A DNA stretch of 64,000 nt from positions 576,001 to 640,000 of the forward strand of contig OY969763.1 in assembly GCA_963702845.1 (NCBI GenBank), read 5' to 3'. Made by a program: the position numbers and the translations under genes. The DNA comes from an uncultured Verrucomicrobiae bacterium (GTDB lineage: Bacteria; Verrucomicrobiota; Verrucomicrobiia; Limisphaerales; Palsa-1400). Shown here piece by piece: positions 29,596 through 39,305 of the stretch; the first letter of the stretch is position 1; each line of letters starts with the position of its first letter. The notes beneath the pieces were generated by a model that was given only the letters and a program-made list of their open reading frames with translations, was not told the DNA's origin and did not search any database.

Positions 29596-29933
29596 TGTTT
29601 CGTGTCGGCACGGTAGTGCAGCACTTTGACCTTTTCTAATGTAACCATGCCGCCACCCATCATCGTGTTGAGGATCGGGAGGAAGCTGTTTATTTTTTCT
29701 TCACTGTCGACCAACTCGATGACGACTGGCAAATCCATCGATAGGCGGAGAATCTTTGCCGTGTGCAGATGGCTGGACGCGCCAAACCCCATGGGACCGC
29801 GCAGCACGGTTGCACCTGCCAGATGCATTTCGCGCGCTTTCAAGACGATCGCTTCGTAGAGCGGCTTGTGGTCGACCTTGTCGCTTTCCCCTACAAAAAT
29901 TCGCAACAGAACGGCTTCTTCGGGAATTTGCAT
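29592..29933 (-). CDS. DUF190 PII-like protein
   Basis: LLRIFVGESD, PLYEAIV, AGATVLRG, LSMDLPVVIELVD; follows crcB. Confidence 0.93.
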   Translation of the reverse strand: MQIPEEAVLLRIFVGESDKVDHKPLYEAIVLKAREMHLAGATVLRGPMGFGASSHLHTAKILRLSMDLPVVIELVDSEEKINSFLPILNTMMGGGMVTLEKVKVLHYRADTKQ

Positions 29934-29934
29934 A

Positions 29935-30333
29935 TTAAGTTCCTTTGCTTGAATTGATCTGAAGCGCGAGCACATGGCCGAGCCACACGGCGATCAGACA
30001 AAGTGCAACCGATAACAGGATGTTCGCCCCGGCACGAAACCACTGGCCGTCGTTGGCCAGATTAAGCGTTTGCAGGCTGAACGAAGAGAATGTGGTATAG
30101 CCGCCGCAAATGCCGATCATGAAAAACTGCCGCCAGATTGGCGTCACGAGCATGCGTCCTTCGCTGCCGGTGACGGTGAAGAACAAGCCAATGATGAAGC
30201 AGCCGGTGATGTTGACGATAATCGTGCCCCACGGAAATGTTTCGCCCCAGACGCGCGCGATCAGGCCGGAAAACCAGTAGCGCAATACGCTTCCGATGGC
30301 GCCGCCCAAAGCAATAGTTAAAGTGTTCAACAT
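29935..30333 (-). CDS. crcB: Fluoride channel CrcB/Fluc
   Basis: GGAIGSVLRY, FPWGTIIVN, GICGGYTTFSSF. Confidence 0.97.
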   Translation of the reverse strand: MLNTLTIALGGAIGSVLRYWFSGLIARVWGETFPWGTIIVNITGCFIIGLFFTVTGSEGRMLVTPIWRQFFMIGICGGYTTFSSFSLQTLNLANDGQWFRAGANILLSVALCLIAVWLGHVLALQINSSKGT

Positions 30334-30356
30334 AATGTCCTACCGTTTTACTGATT

Positions 30357-30423
30357 GGTAGGAGTTATCAGCGCTGAAATGCAGGCGGTTTTTTCGCGAC
30401 GCGAAAGGGCAAACTCCATTGCC
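30357..30423 (-). promoter_or_regulatory. Fluoride riboswitch
   Basis: Minus strand GGCAATGGAGTTTGCC...AACCGC...GCTGATAACTCCTAC matches the crcB-motif consensus and lies directly upstream of crcB. Confidence 0.93.
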
Positions 30424-30478
30424 GCAGTTCAATTAAACAATTGCCGTTTCGATTTGCAATGACGTTTAATCGAACAGT

Positions 30479-30673
30479 CTAATTGGAATCGAGCGTGCCT
30501 TGTGCGCCTTGGCGCATCAGATTCAAAAGGTGAGCCAGCGCTTCCTCGTAAGTGCGGCCTTTCAGTTCTGCCAATTGCCGTGCCCGCTTGTCTAATTGCC
30601 GCGCCATCTCCGGCGTCTTTTCAGCGGGGCATCCGAACGCCTTCAATACTTCCGCAATTTGTTCCACGGTCAT
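30479..30673 (-). CDS. Small hypothetical protein
   Basis: MTVEQIAEVLKAFGCPAEK...HLLNLMRQG, amphipathic helices; fills the gap between riboswitch and lnt. Confidence 0.6.
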   Translation of the reverse strand: MTVEQIAEVLKAFGCPAEKTPEMARQLDKRARQLAELKGRTYEEALAHLLNLMRQGAQGTLDSN

Positions 30674-30759
30674 CAATGCAGTGGAGTTTAGTAGAAGCAT
30701 TTTTGCAACTGCGAAACTTGGGCTTTGGAATTCACCCTTTTTCGGCTATAGGAAGTCAA

Positions 30760-32172
30760 ATGGGAGGAACCAAAACACTCACCTGGCCGATTGCCCTGGG
30801 CTATGCGGCGGTATCCGTTCTCTCGTTTCACCTCGCGTTCGCAGTTGGTTGGTCTGGCTTTATTCTCCTATTCCTCTTCGGCCTTGTCGGACTGACAGGC
30901 CTCAATAGCACTCAAAAATCATTTTACTTCGGCCTTGTCATAGGACTCTTGGTTTACGCCCCTCATCTCGCGTTTTTCTGGAACATCTTCCGATGGACTG
31001 CGGCGGCGCTGTGGCTGGTTCCGTCGTTCTGGCTTGGATCGTTCATTGCGCTCGGACGTGGCGTGCGGTTGCGGTTCGGCGCATTGGGGTTGGTGCTCAT
31101 TCCGTTTCTCTGGACCGGCATCGAATATTTCCGCAGTGAATTGTATTACTTGAAATTCTCATGGTTAGGCGTGGGCTACGCGTTCTCAAATGCGACAAAC
31201 CTCGCTTACATGGCGGGTGTCGGAGTTTATGGAATTGGGTTTTGCGCAATGCTCGTAGTGGTGGCGATTTATTCCTGGCGCTCCGTCCGGACCTTCGTGG
31301 TTTGCCTCGGTATCCTGGCGTTCCTCTTATTAACGCAACTCATGCAGGTTACGCCCAAAGTTAAAGGCGCTTCGATGAGTGTTGCTGGAATTCAAATGGA
31401 ATTTCCTGCCGGCAGTGAAGTCCCAAAAGCCCTGGATAAAGCGCTGGCTGCTTCGCCTTATGCGGATGTCTTGTTGCTGAGCGAATACACGTTCCATTCG
31501 CCGGTCCCAAATTTCGTGCGGAAATGGTGCGCCAACCATAAAAAGTACCTGATCGTTGGTGGCACGGAAGACGCGCCGAACGGGAAGTTCTACGACATGG
31601 CCTACGTCATTGGGCCGAATGGCGACGTCGTATTCAAACAGGCCAAATGCGTGCCCGTGCAGTTTTTCAACGACGGCTTGCCAGCGACCGACCAAAAATT
31701 GTGGGAATCACCGTGGGGCAAGGTTGGTCTGGGCACTTGCTATGATTGCAGCTATCGGCGAGTGACGGACGAACTGGTTCGACAAGGTGCCCAGGTTTTG
31801 ATTTTTCCGACAATGGACGTCGTCGATTGGGGTGTGTATCAGCATCGGCTGCATAGCCGCGTTGGTCCGATGCGGGCAGCGGAGTTTGGAATTGCCGTGG
31901 TACGCATTGCCAGTTCCGGGATCTCGCAAATTGTCGGACGCGATGGAACGATTTCGGCGGAAGCAGGTTTTCCGGGCGAGGGCAGCACGTTGGTAGGCGC
32001 GATTGGTTTTGGTGCTCCCGGCCGGATGCCGCTGGATCATTGGCTCGCGCCGGTTTGCACCGGGATTGCTGCCGTGACGCTCGTGTTCCTTGTCGCTGAG
32101 TTGCTCTTAACCCGCAAAATGCGCGCTGCTCGTCCGCAGCCGCCGGTCAGCGTTCCTGTTGCAAAGGTATGA
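30760..32172 (+). CDS. lnt: Apolipoprotein N-acyltransferase-like protein
   Basis: N-terminal TMs with WTGIEYFR, FSWLGVGY; nitrilase triad LSEY, AKCVP, TCYD; RAAEFG. Confidence 0.82.
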   Translation: MGGTKTLTWPIALGYAAVSVLSFHLAFAVGWSGFILLFLFGLVGLTGLNSTQKSFYFGLVIGLLVYAPHLAFFWNIFRWTAAALWLVPSFWLGSFIALGRGVRLRFGALGLVLIPFLWTGIEYFRSELYYLKFSWLGVGYAFSNATNLAYMAGVGVYGIGFCAMLVVVAIYSWRSVRTFVVCLGILAFLLLTQLMQVTPKVKGASMSVAGIQMEFPAGSEVPKALDKALAASPYADVLLLSEYTFHSPVPNFVRKWCANHKKYLIVGGTEDAPNGKFYDMAYVIGPNGDVVFKQAKCVPVQFFNDGLPATDQKLWESPWGKVGLGTCYDCSYRRVTDELVRQGAQVLIFPTMDVVDWGVYQHRLHSRVGPMRAAEFGIAVVRIASSGISQIVGRDGTISAEAGFPGEGSTLVGAIGFGAPGRMPLDHWLAPVCTGIAAVTLVFLVAELLLTRKMRAARPQPPVSVPVAKV

Positions 32173-34301
32173 AGAAACTTCTTCGCTGGTTTTTCCAACT
32201 TTGCTTCGGTTTGCGCGCCTTCAATACGGAGGTGCTGAAAACGAAAGGGCCGGTGATGTTGCTGCCGAATCACACGTCGTGGTTCGATTGGCTGCTGCTC
32301 GGTATATATCTGGAGGACGACTGGAAATTTGTCACATCGCGACAAGCCTCGGAAGTCAGCTTCGTCCATCGATTCATCATGGTGAACCGTTACACGTTCC
32401 CGGTGGACATGGATTCCCCATACGCCGTCAAACACATGGCGGAATTCCTCCAGGCGGGCGGACGCCTCGTGCTGTTTCCTGAAGGGCGACTATCGCGCAC
32501 GGGTTCGTTGATGAAGCTGTTCGATGGCACCGGTTTTTTGATCTTCAAAACAAAAGCAAAGGTCATCACCGGCTATTTGCGCGGAGCCCAACGGCTGCCG
32601 TATTCGCCAAATCCTAATCGAAAAAAATTGTTCCCGCGCGTGTCGCTGCACTTTAGTGACGTTCTCGTCGCGCCGACTTACGAATCGATCAGCACCACTC
32701 ACGCACGTGAAAAACTGACGCACTGGTTGCAAGACGCGATGGTCAAACAACAGTTCGAGGTTGAGATGGATCTGTCGCCAAAAACGATCCTTGGTTCGAT
32801 TCTTCACACTGCGCGCGAACATTCGTCCTTCGTCGTGTTGCAGGACGCTTCGCACGCCAAAATGACCTATCGACGGCTCACTGCGGCAACGCAAGTGATG
32901 GCGCACGAACTTGGAAAACATGTGGCGGACGAACACGGCCGCGTCGGCGTTTTGCTGCCGAATACTAACGCGATGCCGATTTCGTTTATGGCCCTGTGGG
33001 CGTTAGGTAAGACTCCGGCGATTTTAAATTATTCCACCGGCGTCAACACGATGCTCGCTTGCGCGGAAATAGCTTGTCTAAAACAAATCATCACATCGCG
33101 GACCTTTCTCGAAAAAGCGCATCTGAATATCGAACCGTTGCTCGCGCACGGTATCGAGTTCATCTATCTGGAGGATGTTCGCGCGAGGATCACCGGGTTG
33201 GAGCGTTTCATTGGTTTGCTGAATACCTACGTGCCCTGGCTCTCGCCACTGCGACACATCGCGGGTCAGAACGAATCCGCGGTGATTCTTTTCACGAGTG
33301 GTTCGGAAGGTCCGCCGAAAGCCGTCGATCTTAGCCATCGCAACATTCTGTCGAACATCCGTCAGATGCTGGCGGTCATTGACCTTGTCGAAACCGACCG
33401 CCTGTTCAACGCGCTCCCGTTGTTCCATAGCTTCGGCCTCACCATCGGTTTATTGCTGCCACTCGTTCGCGGCGGCTACACGTTCTTATATCCGTCGCCG
33501 TTGCACTATCGCGTTATCCCAACCCTGTTCTATGAACTGGATTGCACCGTCTTTTTCGGCACCAACACATTCCTCAACGGCTACGCGCGCAAGGCGCACC
33601 CCATCGATTTCCGCTCGTTGCGTTATTTGTTCGCAGGTGCCGAGAAATTGCAGGAAGCGACGGCGAACGTTTGGTCGCGAAAATTCGGCGCGCAAATACT
33701 CGAAGGCTATGGTGCAACGGAATGCAGCCCATGCGTGAGCGCGAACACCCTGCAGGCGTCCCGGTTCGGTTCGGCTGGACGGCTGTTGCCGGACATCGAC
33801 TACCGTCTCGAACCCGTCGAAGGCGTGCTCGAAGGAGGACGGCTTTGGGTGCGCGGTCCCAACATCATGCGCGGCTATTTAAATCCCGAAGCGAACGCGA
33901 AATTTCAGGCGCTGGGCGGCTGGTATGACACCGGCGACATCGCAAAATTCGATGATGACGGCTATCTCTTCATTCTGGGTCGCCTCAAACGCTTCGCCAA
34001 AGTCAGCGGCGAAATGGTAAGCCTGACGGCGGCTGAGGAAGCCTTGGCCAATTCATTCCCGCAGTTTGGCATTCGTTTTCAAGTCGCCGTGCTTGCGCGA
34101 CCGGATGCGGATCGCGGGGAAGCGTTGGTCGCTGTAACAAACGAGCCGAAGCTGACGATGGAAGAGATTCGCGCCGCCGTTAAAGCAAAAGGTCTGAGCA
34201 ATATCTACGTCCCCCGCGAAATCAAATACGTGCACGAAATCCCAAAACTCGGCACAGGCAAAGTCAATCATCGGGAGCTACAGAAGTTAATAGAAGGTTG
34301 A
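32169..34301 (+). CDS. aas: Bifunctional acyltransferase / acyl-ACP synthetase (Aas-like)
   Basis: NHTSWFD, FPEGR; FTSGSEGPPK, EGYGATE, WYDTGD, PKLGTGK. Confidence 0.92.
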   Translation: MKKLLRWFFQLCFGLRAFNTEVLKTKGPVMLLPNHTSWFDWLLLGIYLEDDWKFVTSRQASEVSFVHRFIMVNRYTFPVDMDSPYAVKHMAEFLQAGGRLVLFPEGRLSRTGSLMKLFDGTGFLIFKTKAKVITGYLRGAQRLPYSPNPNRKKLFPRVSLHFSDVLVAPTYESISTTHAREKLTHWLQDAMVKQQFEVEMDLSPKTILGSILHTAREHSSFVVLQDASHAKMTYRRLTAATQVMAHELGKHVADEHGRVGVLLPNTNAMPISFMALWALGKTPAILNYSTGVNTMLACAEIACLKQIITSRTFLEKAHLNIEPLLAHGIEFIYLEDVRARITGLERFIGLLNTYVPWLSPLRHIAGQNESAVILFTSGSEGPPKAVDLSHRNILSNIRQMLAVIDLVETDRLFNALPLFHSFGLTIGLLLPLVRGGYTFLYPSPLHYRVIPTLFYELDCTVFFGTNTFLNGYARKAHPIDFRSLRYLFAGAEKLQEATANVWSRKFGAQILEGYGATECSPCVSANTLQASRFGSAGRLLPDIDYRLEPVEGVLEGGRLWVRGPNIMRGYLNPEANAKFQALGGWYDTGDIAKFDDDGYLFILGRLKRFAKVSGEMVSLTAAEEALANSFPQFGIRFQVAVLARPDADRGEALVAVTNEPKLTMEEIRAAVKAKGLSNIYVPREIKYVHEIPKLGTGKVNHRELQKLIEG

Positions 34302-34847
34302 AGGGTCAATGGTGTAAGGATGACCCTTCCATATAATCAGGACGATAATTCCCACCACCGAACCAACGATTACAGTATCGGCAAGCACCGCTGCAGGCGT
34401 CAGCGCGATTTGCGTTCCCTGATGGATGCCAGAAGGATAGACGGGCAAATCGTAAATCTCTTTTTCGTCGCCTTTCAGCGTGAAAGTTGTTGGGCTCTGC
34501 TGAATTGCAATGAACGCGTTGGTCGCGCTCTGAGCCGCATTTGTTCTGACGACAATCGGAATTCGCTTAAGTTCATTGGTGGCAGCAACAGCGACGAATG
34601 CCGGTTTGCCGTGTTTCGCAGAATCGTTGAGAAAATATGCGCGCCGGCGAATCTTTGCAGATGGTTCACGGACTTCGTCGTAAACGACAAGGATATCTTT
34701 CCTGGCTTCGGAATAATAAAGTTGAAGGTGCGGGTCAGGTGAAGGTTCGTTGAACTCTATATCGTCCCAAAGCCGCTTAGTCACGCACCCACAGCAAGAA
34801 CTCCACGCGACAAGTAGCAACGCCATTTTTAGAATCCTGCCAGGCAT
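34287..34847 (-). CDS. Hypothetical putative lipoprotein with C-terminal TM
   Basis: LLLVAWSSCCGC; ALTPAAVLADTVIVG hydrophobic tail. Confidence 0.6.
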   Translation of the reverse strand: MPGRILKMALLLVAWSSCCGCVTKRLWDDIEFNEPSPDPHLQLYYSEARKDILVVYDEVREPSAKIRRRAYFLNDSAKHGKPAFVAVAATNELKRIPIVVRTNAAQSATNAFIAIQQSPTTFTLKGDEKEIYDLPVYPSGIHQGTQIALTPAAVLADTVIVGSVVGIIVLIIWKGHPYTIDPSTFY

Positions 34848-34922
34848 AGAATCGATTGCTGCGATCTATGGCCAGAATGGCTCGGACTATTGGCAATTCA
34901 ACTTGTTTTTGCGCGATGACGG

Positions 34923-35582
34923 TTACTTGCTCGCAGTGGCAAGCGCTCGTGAAGCCGCTGCGCGGACGTGTTCGGGATACTTTGAGTCGGTCAGTTGCTT
35001 GCAGATAACCGCGGCGCTTTTCGAATCTCCATCGGATCTCAACTGATCGGCGCATCGCAGCAGTGCGTCCAGCAGGACTGGTTGAAGTTCCTTGTTATCA
35101 CGCGCGGCGAGAAGAGCGTCAGCGGCTTTCTTGTTTCCAATTCGGCCAAGAGAGCTCGCGGTGGCGGAAGCGATGGTCGGATCTTTATCCGATAGGGATT
35201 TCTTGAGCAGCGAGACCGATGCGGTATCACGTCGCCAACCGAGGGAGTCGATCAGCCCGGCTTTGATTAGGCCGGAAGTTTTTCCAGCCGCTTTTCGCAT
35301 TGCAGTCACAGCGTCCGGAGATGGCATTCCTTCCAACGCATAACGCGCGGCCTGTGTCGTGTGCTCGTCCGTCAACAGCGGAGCGATCGCCGGCACCGAC
35401 TTGGCCGTTCCGACCAATCGCAATTTCTGGCACGCATCGGACTTTTGATTCGCAGTGGCGTTCGACTTGAGGATGGTGATGAGGTCCTGCTCTTCACTCG
35501 CACTCGCGAGCGCGGTGGAGAAGACAAGTCCAAGTAACACGATCCAAATTCTGAATTTCGGTTCGCAAAGTGAAGTTTTCAT
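34923..35582 (-). CDS. Secreted HEAT-repeat protein
   Basis: Signal peptide; ARYALE, IDSLGWRRD, ASSLGRIG. Confidence 0.8.
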   Translation of the reverse strand: MKTSLCEPKFRIWIVLLGLVFSTALASASEEQDLITILKSNATANQKSDACQKLRLVGTAKSVPAIAPLLTDEHTTQAARYALEGMPSPDAVTAMRKAAGKTSGLIKAGLIDSLGWRRDTASVSLLKKSLSDKDPTIASATASSLGRIGNKKAADALLAARDNKELQPVLLDALLRCADQLRSDGDSKSAAVICKQLTDSKYPEHVRAAASRALATASK

Positions 35583-35601
35583 TGCAAGTGTTGAGTTTTG
35601 T

Positions 35602-36918
35602 TTACAGGTGCCATGGCGGCCGCGGCGTATAGGAGAGAAGACGGTTTGCCTCATCATCGCCGTTGAATTGTGCTTTGACCGGGTCCCATTCGAGAGCCCG
35701 TTGCAAGATGAGCGCAATGCCGCCAATTAGCACAGCGTTGATGCTGTAAAGAGCTGTATCAGGATCGCAAATCGTCGGTTTACGCGAGCGTATACATTCC
35801 AGGAAATTCCCGGAATGGCTTTCGGCGTGGTAGACCTTGGCGTCGCTCGGTTTCAACGGCTCTTCGAGAATCTTTCCGGGATACGAAATCAGTTTCTCGC
35901 GATCCACTGCGATGCGACCTTCAGTGCCAACGAACACGCCGCCGCCGATCGCGCCGACTTTTTCATCTTTGTACCCGTTGGAATGAACCACCACGCCATT
36001 CGAGTAGCGCCAATGAATCGCATCATTCTCCGGCCAAACTTTAATCGGCGCGGTGACGTCCGGGTTCACCATCCATTGAATCACGTCATAATGATGCGGC
36101 GCCCAGTTCACGTCGCCGGTAATCAGCGAGTGAATTTCCTGGCCGGGTAGGCGGCCTGGATACGGTTGCCACGGAAGCGGGCCAACCCACATGTTCCAGT
36201 CCAAACCAGCCGGGACTGGTTGGCCTTTTTCTTCTGTCCAATGCTTTGGCCAAAACGCGCCCGGCGAACGATACGCGTAGACTTCCTTCAACTGGCCGAT
36301 GCGACCGTTCCGGATGTAGTCGCAGGCGGTGCGGAATTTGCCGTCGTATTCGGAACGCTGCTGCGTGCCGGCCTGGTAAATTCGAGCGTAACGTTTGCCC
36401 GCCGCAACCATGTTGAGGCCTTCGCGAACGGTGATGGCGATTGGTTTTTCGCAATAGACATCTTTGCCGGCTTCCATGGCCATCGAGGCCATTGGCGCGG
36501 ACCAGTGATAGGGCAGCGCCAGCAAAACTGCGTCGATGTCGGTACGCGCGAGCACCCCGCGGAAATCGTTGTATGCTTTGACCCCGTTGTAATCGGCTTG
36601 GCCAAGCCGTTTGGCGTAAGATTCATTGCAACGCTTGTGGGCCTTTTCGCGGCGGTTGGTGTCGACGTCGCAGACTGCAAGCACCTGCACACGAGGGTCG
36701 CCGGAGTATCCACCCGGCATATACGTCCAGGCGCCGCCAAGCAAATGGCCGCTGCCTTGCCCGCCCAGGCCGATAAAGCCCATGTTGATGCGTTCGCTCG
36801 GCGCTTTCGTGCCGTTACGACCGAGGGCCGACGCCGGAATAATTGTGGGTGCTGCCAGAGCCGCGCCCAAGGCCATTGAAGTGCGTAGGAATTTCCGACG
36901 CGAGAATTGTGTATTCAT
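35602..36918 (-). CDS. Gfo/Idh/MocA oxidoreductase with Tat signal
   Basis: SRRKFL; IGLGGQG, AVCDVD, DVYCEKP, GTQQRS. Confidence 0.93.
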   Translation of the reverse strand: MNTQFSRRKFLRTSMALGAALAAPTIIPASALGRNGTKAPSERINMGFIGLGGQGSGHLLGGAWTYMPGGYSGDPRVQVLAVCDVDTNRREKAHKRCNESYAKRLGQADYNGVKAYNDFRGVLARTDIDAVLLALPYHWSAPMASMAMEAGKDVYCEKPIAITVREGLNMVAAGKRYARIYQAGTQQRSEYDGKFRTACDYIRNGRIGQLKEVYAYRSPGAFWPKHWTEEKGQPVPAGLDWNMWVGPLPWQPYPGRLPGQEIHSLITGDVNWAPHHYDVIQWMVNPDVTAPIKVWPENDAIHWRYSNGVVVHSNGYKDEKVGAIGGGVFVGTEGRIAVDREKLISYPGKILEEPLKPSDAKVYHAESHSGNFLECIRSRKPTICDPDTALYSINAVLIGGIALILQRALEWDPVKAQFNGDDEANRLLSYTPRPPWHL

Positions 36919-37152
36919 ATCGGTTACTGATCTGTCCGATGTGTTCGGTCGAAACGAACCCTGCGTTGCTTACGCATTGTTAGACGCAGCGCATGCAGTC
37001 GGCAATCAATCAAATTGCAATCGGCGCGGCAAAATTGTGCTCCACACTTTTTGGTAAGACCTGAACCTCGTTTGTCTGTTAGAGAACGAGCAATGTCTGG
37101 AACTTCACGGCACGTTGTGGCAGTGTCGCCAACAACAACGCCAAAACTTTTT

Positions 37153-37950
37153 ATGGACCATTCTCCAGCACGCTTCAAGTTTTCGTCTGACCGAACGCTC
37201 TGCCTGATTGCGCTGTTTTGCAGCACCGGCCTTGTTGCTGCTGCCGCGCAACCGATTCGAGTCGCGCTCTATCAAGACACCGGCGCGTCGGGTAAAGGCG
37301 TTCCATGCGTTTGCACCGAGTTGGGGAAATTCGAAGACATGTACGTCACCAAAGTTTCCGGCGAACAGATCCGCAATGGCATCCTCGATAAGTTTGATAT
37401 CGTCGTGTTCACCGGCGGTTCCGCCAGCGCTCAAGCGAAAACCCTCGGCGACCAAGGCCGCGCCAACGTGAAAAACTTTGTCGAAAAGGGCGGGGGATAC
37501 ATGGGCATTTGCGCCGGCGCATATCTCGCGTGCAACGGTTTTGATTGGGCTGTCGGCGTGCTGGATGCGCGAACTGTTTCGTCCAAATGGCAGCGCGGCG
37601 AGGGAACGGTGCAGATCGAACTCACGCCAGAAGGCCAAAAACTTCTCGGCCAAACCGGCAAGACATTCGAACTGAAATACGAAAACGGTCCGATCATCAC
37701 TCACAACAAAGGAGCTTTGCCCGCATTCAAAACACTCGCGGTCTACCGCACCGAAAAAGCGGAAAACGGCAGCCCCGTCGGTGTCATGGTCAATTCTCCT
37801 GCCATCGTGACGAGCACGTGCGGTAAAGGTCGTGTCGTGGTTATCAGTCCGCATCCGGAGCAAAGTGAAGCCACGGAAAGCATGATTCCCGCTGCCATCA
37901 AATGGCTCTCGAACAAGGACCATCGTCTGGTAGCTCCGCGGAATTCCTGA
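37153..37950 (+). CDS. Secreted class I glutamine-amidotransferase-like (BPL-N) protein; start uncertain
   Basis: VFTGGS, GYMGICAGAY, ISPHPE. Confidence 0.8.
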   Translation: MDHSPARFKFSSDRTLCLIALFCSTGLVAAAAQPIRVALYQDTGASGKGVPCVCTELGKFEDMYVTKVSGEQIRNGILDKFDIVVFTGGSASAQAKTLGDQGRANVKNFVEKGGGYMGICAGAYLACNGFDWAVGVLDARTVSSKWQRGEGTVQIELTPEGQKLLGQTGKTFELKYENGPIITHNKGALPAFKTLAVYRTEKAENGSPVGVMVNSPAIVTSTCGKGRVVVISPHPEQSEATESMIPAAIKWLSNKDHRLVAPRNS

Positions 37951-38004
37951 TCCGCCCCGCATTTTTCTTTTGCGTCCGGCCCAGTTAACGTTCAGCTTCC
38001 TCCC

Positions 38005-38583
38005 ATGACTCGAACGCAGTGGCGCAATGAGATTGAAAAAGTCCTGATTTCAGAAATGGAAATCGAGCGTCGCGTCACCGAACTGGCGCTTGAGATCGAA
38101 AAGGAATTTGTCGGGCGCGACTTGGTTATCGTCGCGCTTCTCAACGGCACCGTTCTCTTTCTCGCCGATTTGATCCGCCATTTGTCGTTGCCGCTCCGCC
38201 TCGATTTCATCGGAGTTTCCAGCTACGGCGCGGGCACCGAATCAGGCAATTTGGTCTTCACAAAAGAACTGCGACTCGACGTCAAGGGCCGCGACGTCCT
38301 CCTCGTCGATGACATTTTGGATACCGGCCGCACCTTGAGCCGTGTAAAAGCCAAACTGAAAAAGCTCAAGCCGCGTCGGATAAAAATCTGCGTCCTCCTC
38401 GACAAACCGAGCCGTCGTGAAGAATCCGTCACCCCTGACTACGTTGGTTTCACCATCCCCAACGAATTCGTCGTCGGTTATGGACTCGATTTCGCCGAAC
38501 GCTATCGCAACCTCCCTTACGTCGGTGTTTTGAGACAACACAACAAGCCCTCGCCAAAGAAGAAGAAGAGCAGCCGGAAATAG
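38005..38583 (+). CDS. hpt: Hypoxanthine phosphoribosyltransferase
   Basis: VSSYG, LLVDDILDTGRTL, LLDKP, FVVGYGLD, YRNLPY. Confidence 0.97.
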   Translation: MTRTQWRNEIEKVLISEMEIERRVTELALEIEKEFVGRDLVIVALLNGTVLFLADLIRHLSLPLRLDFIGVSSYGAGTESGNLVFTKELRLDVKGRDVLLVDDILDTGRTLSRVKAKLKKLKPRRIKICVLLDKPSRREESVTPDYVGFTIPNEFVVGYGLDFAERYRNLPYVGVLRQHNKPSPKKKKSSRK

Positions 38584-38647
38584 GCGCTCGGCTGCGATTC
38601 AAAGCGCTGGTCGAATTTGCACCTAATGCTTAGTTGCGCAGTCCATG

Positions 38648-38696
38648 GTGGGTCAGGCGTCCCGCCTGACGTAGCCGAGGGCGTCCGCCCATCGGC
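38648..38696. repeat. Tandem pair of REP-like palindromes
   Basis: GTGG-GTCAGGCG-tcc-CGCCTGAC then GTA-GCCGA-GGGCG-tc-CGCCC-a-TCGGC. Confidence 0.55.
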
Positions 38697-38740
38697 ATGG
38701 CCACGACGTTTCAATCGCACCCCAAAGCCGTTCGCCCTAT

Positions 38741-38769
38741 TTGACAAGCCGCAATTACGCACGTACGTT
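38741..38769 (+). promoter_or_regulatory. Sigma70-like promoter
   Basis: TTGACA-17 nt-TACGTT, 12 nt before ATG 38782. Confidence 0.6.
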
Positions 38770-38781
38770 GCTGTCACGCAC

Positions 38782-39207
38782 ATGAAACGGGTTTTTCAGT
38801 CTCTTGCGGTCGCTTTGTTCGTATGCCTCTTTGTCGGCTGTGTGCGCCAATATCCGACCGCGCCGCCCGGTGCGCCCGTCGACGTTGGAATTGTTTCCAT
38901 GCACCTGAAGCCTCAACATCCGTTGCCGGCAGAACGTTGGCGCGCCGTTATGGTCGTTCGGAACAAGGACAAAGAGGTGATGGCGAAAGACATCGGCTAT
39001 CTTATGCGCATTCCAGGGCGGAATCTTGAAATCGGCCGGGGCAACATCGGCAAAATCCTTCCCGACGATTCCTTAAGCATCAGCAGCGACGACGTCCAAC
39101 TTCCCGCCGGGAAGTACAAAATCGAAGCCGTTCTGTATTTACCAGTATCCTACCCGCAATGCGGCACTCCAAGCCGAATCGAAATGACCGTCTCGGTTGG
39201 AGAATAA
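38782..39207 (+). CDS. Hypothetical lipoprotein
   Basis: MKRVFQSLAVALFVCLFVGC lipobox; beta-rich mature part. Confidence 0.7.
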   Translation: MKRVFQSLAVALFVCLFVGCVRQYPTAPPGAPVDVGIVSMHLKPQHPLPAERWRAVMVVRNKDKEVMAKDIGYLMRIPGRNLEIGRGNIGKILPDDSLSISSDDVQLPAGKYKIEAVLYLPVSYPQCGTPSRIEMTVSVGE

Positions 39208-39305
39208 ATCTGAAACCATTTGTGCGGTTTTCACCTACGAAACTCGAGTAGGCTGGCACTGCAAAGACACTAGACGTCAAAGCCTTAATCCTCTAAATTC
39301 CCCGC

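Noticed and set aside
25631..30423. PKS cluster under fluoride-riboswitch control
   Set aside because: Same strand and only 43 bp away, but the PKS has its own promoter-like element and the riboswitch appears to act on crcB translation
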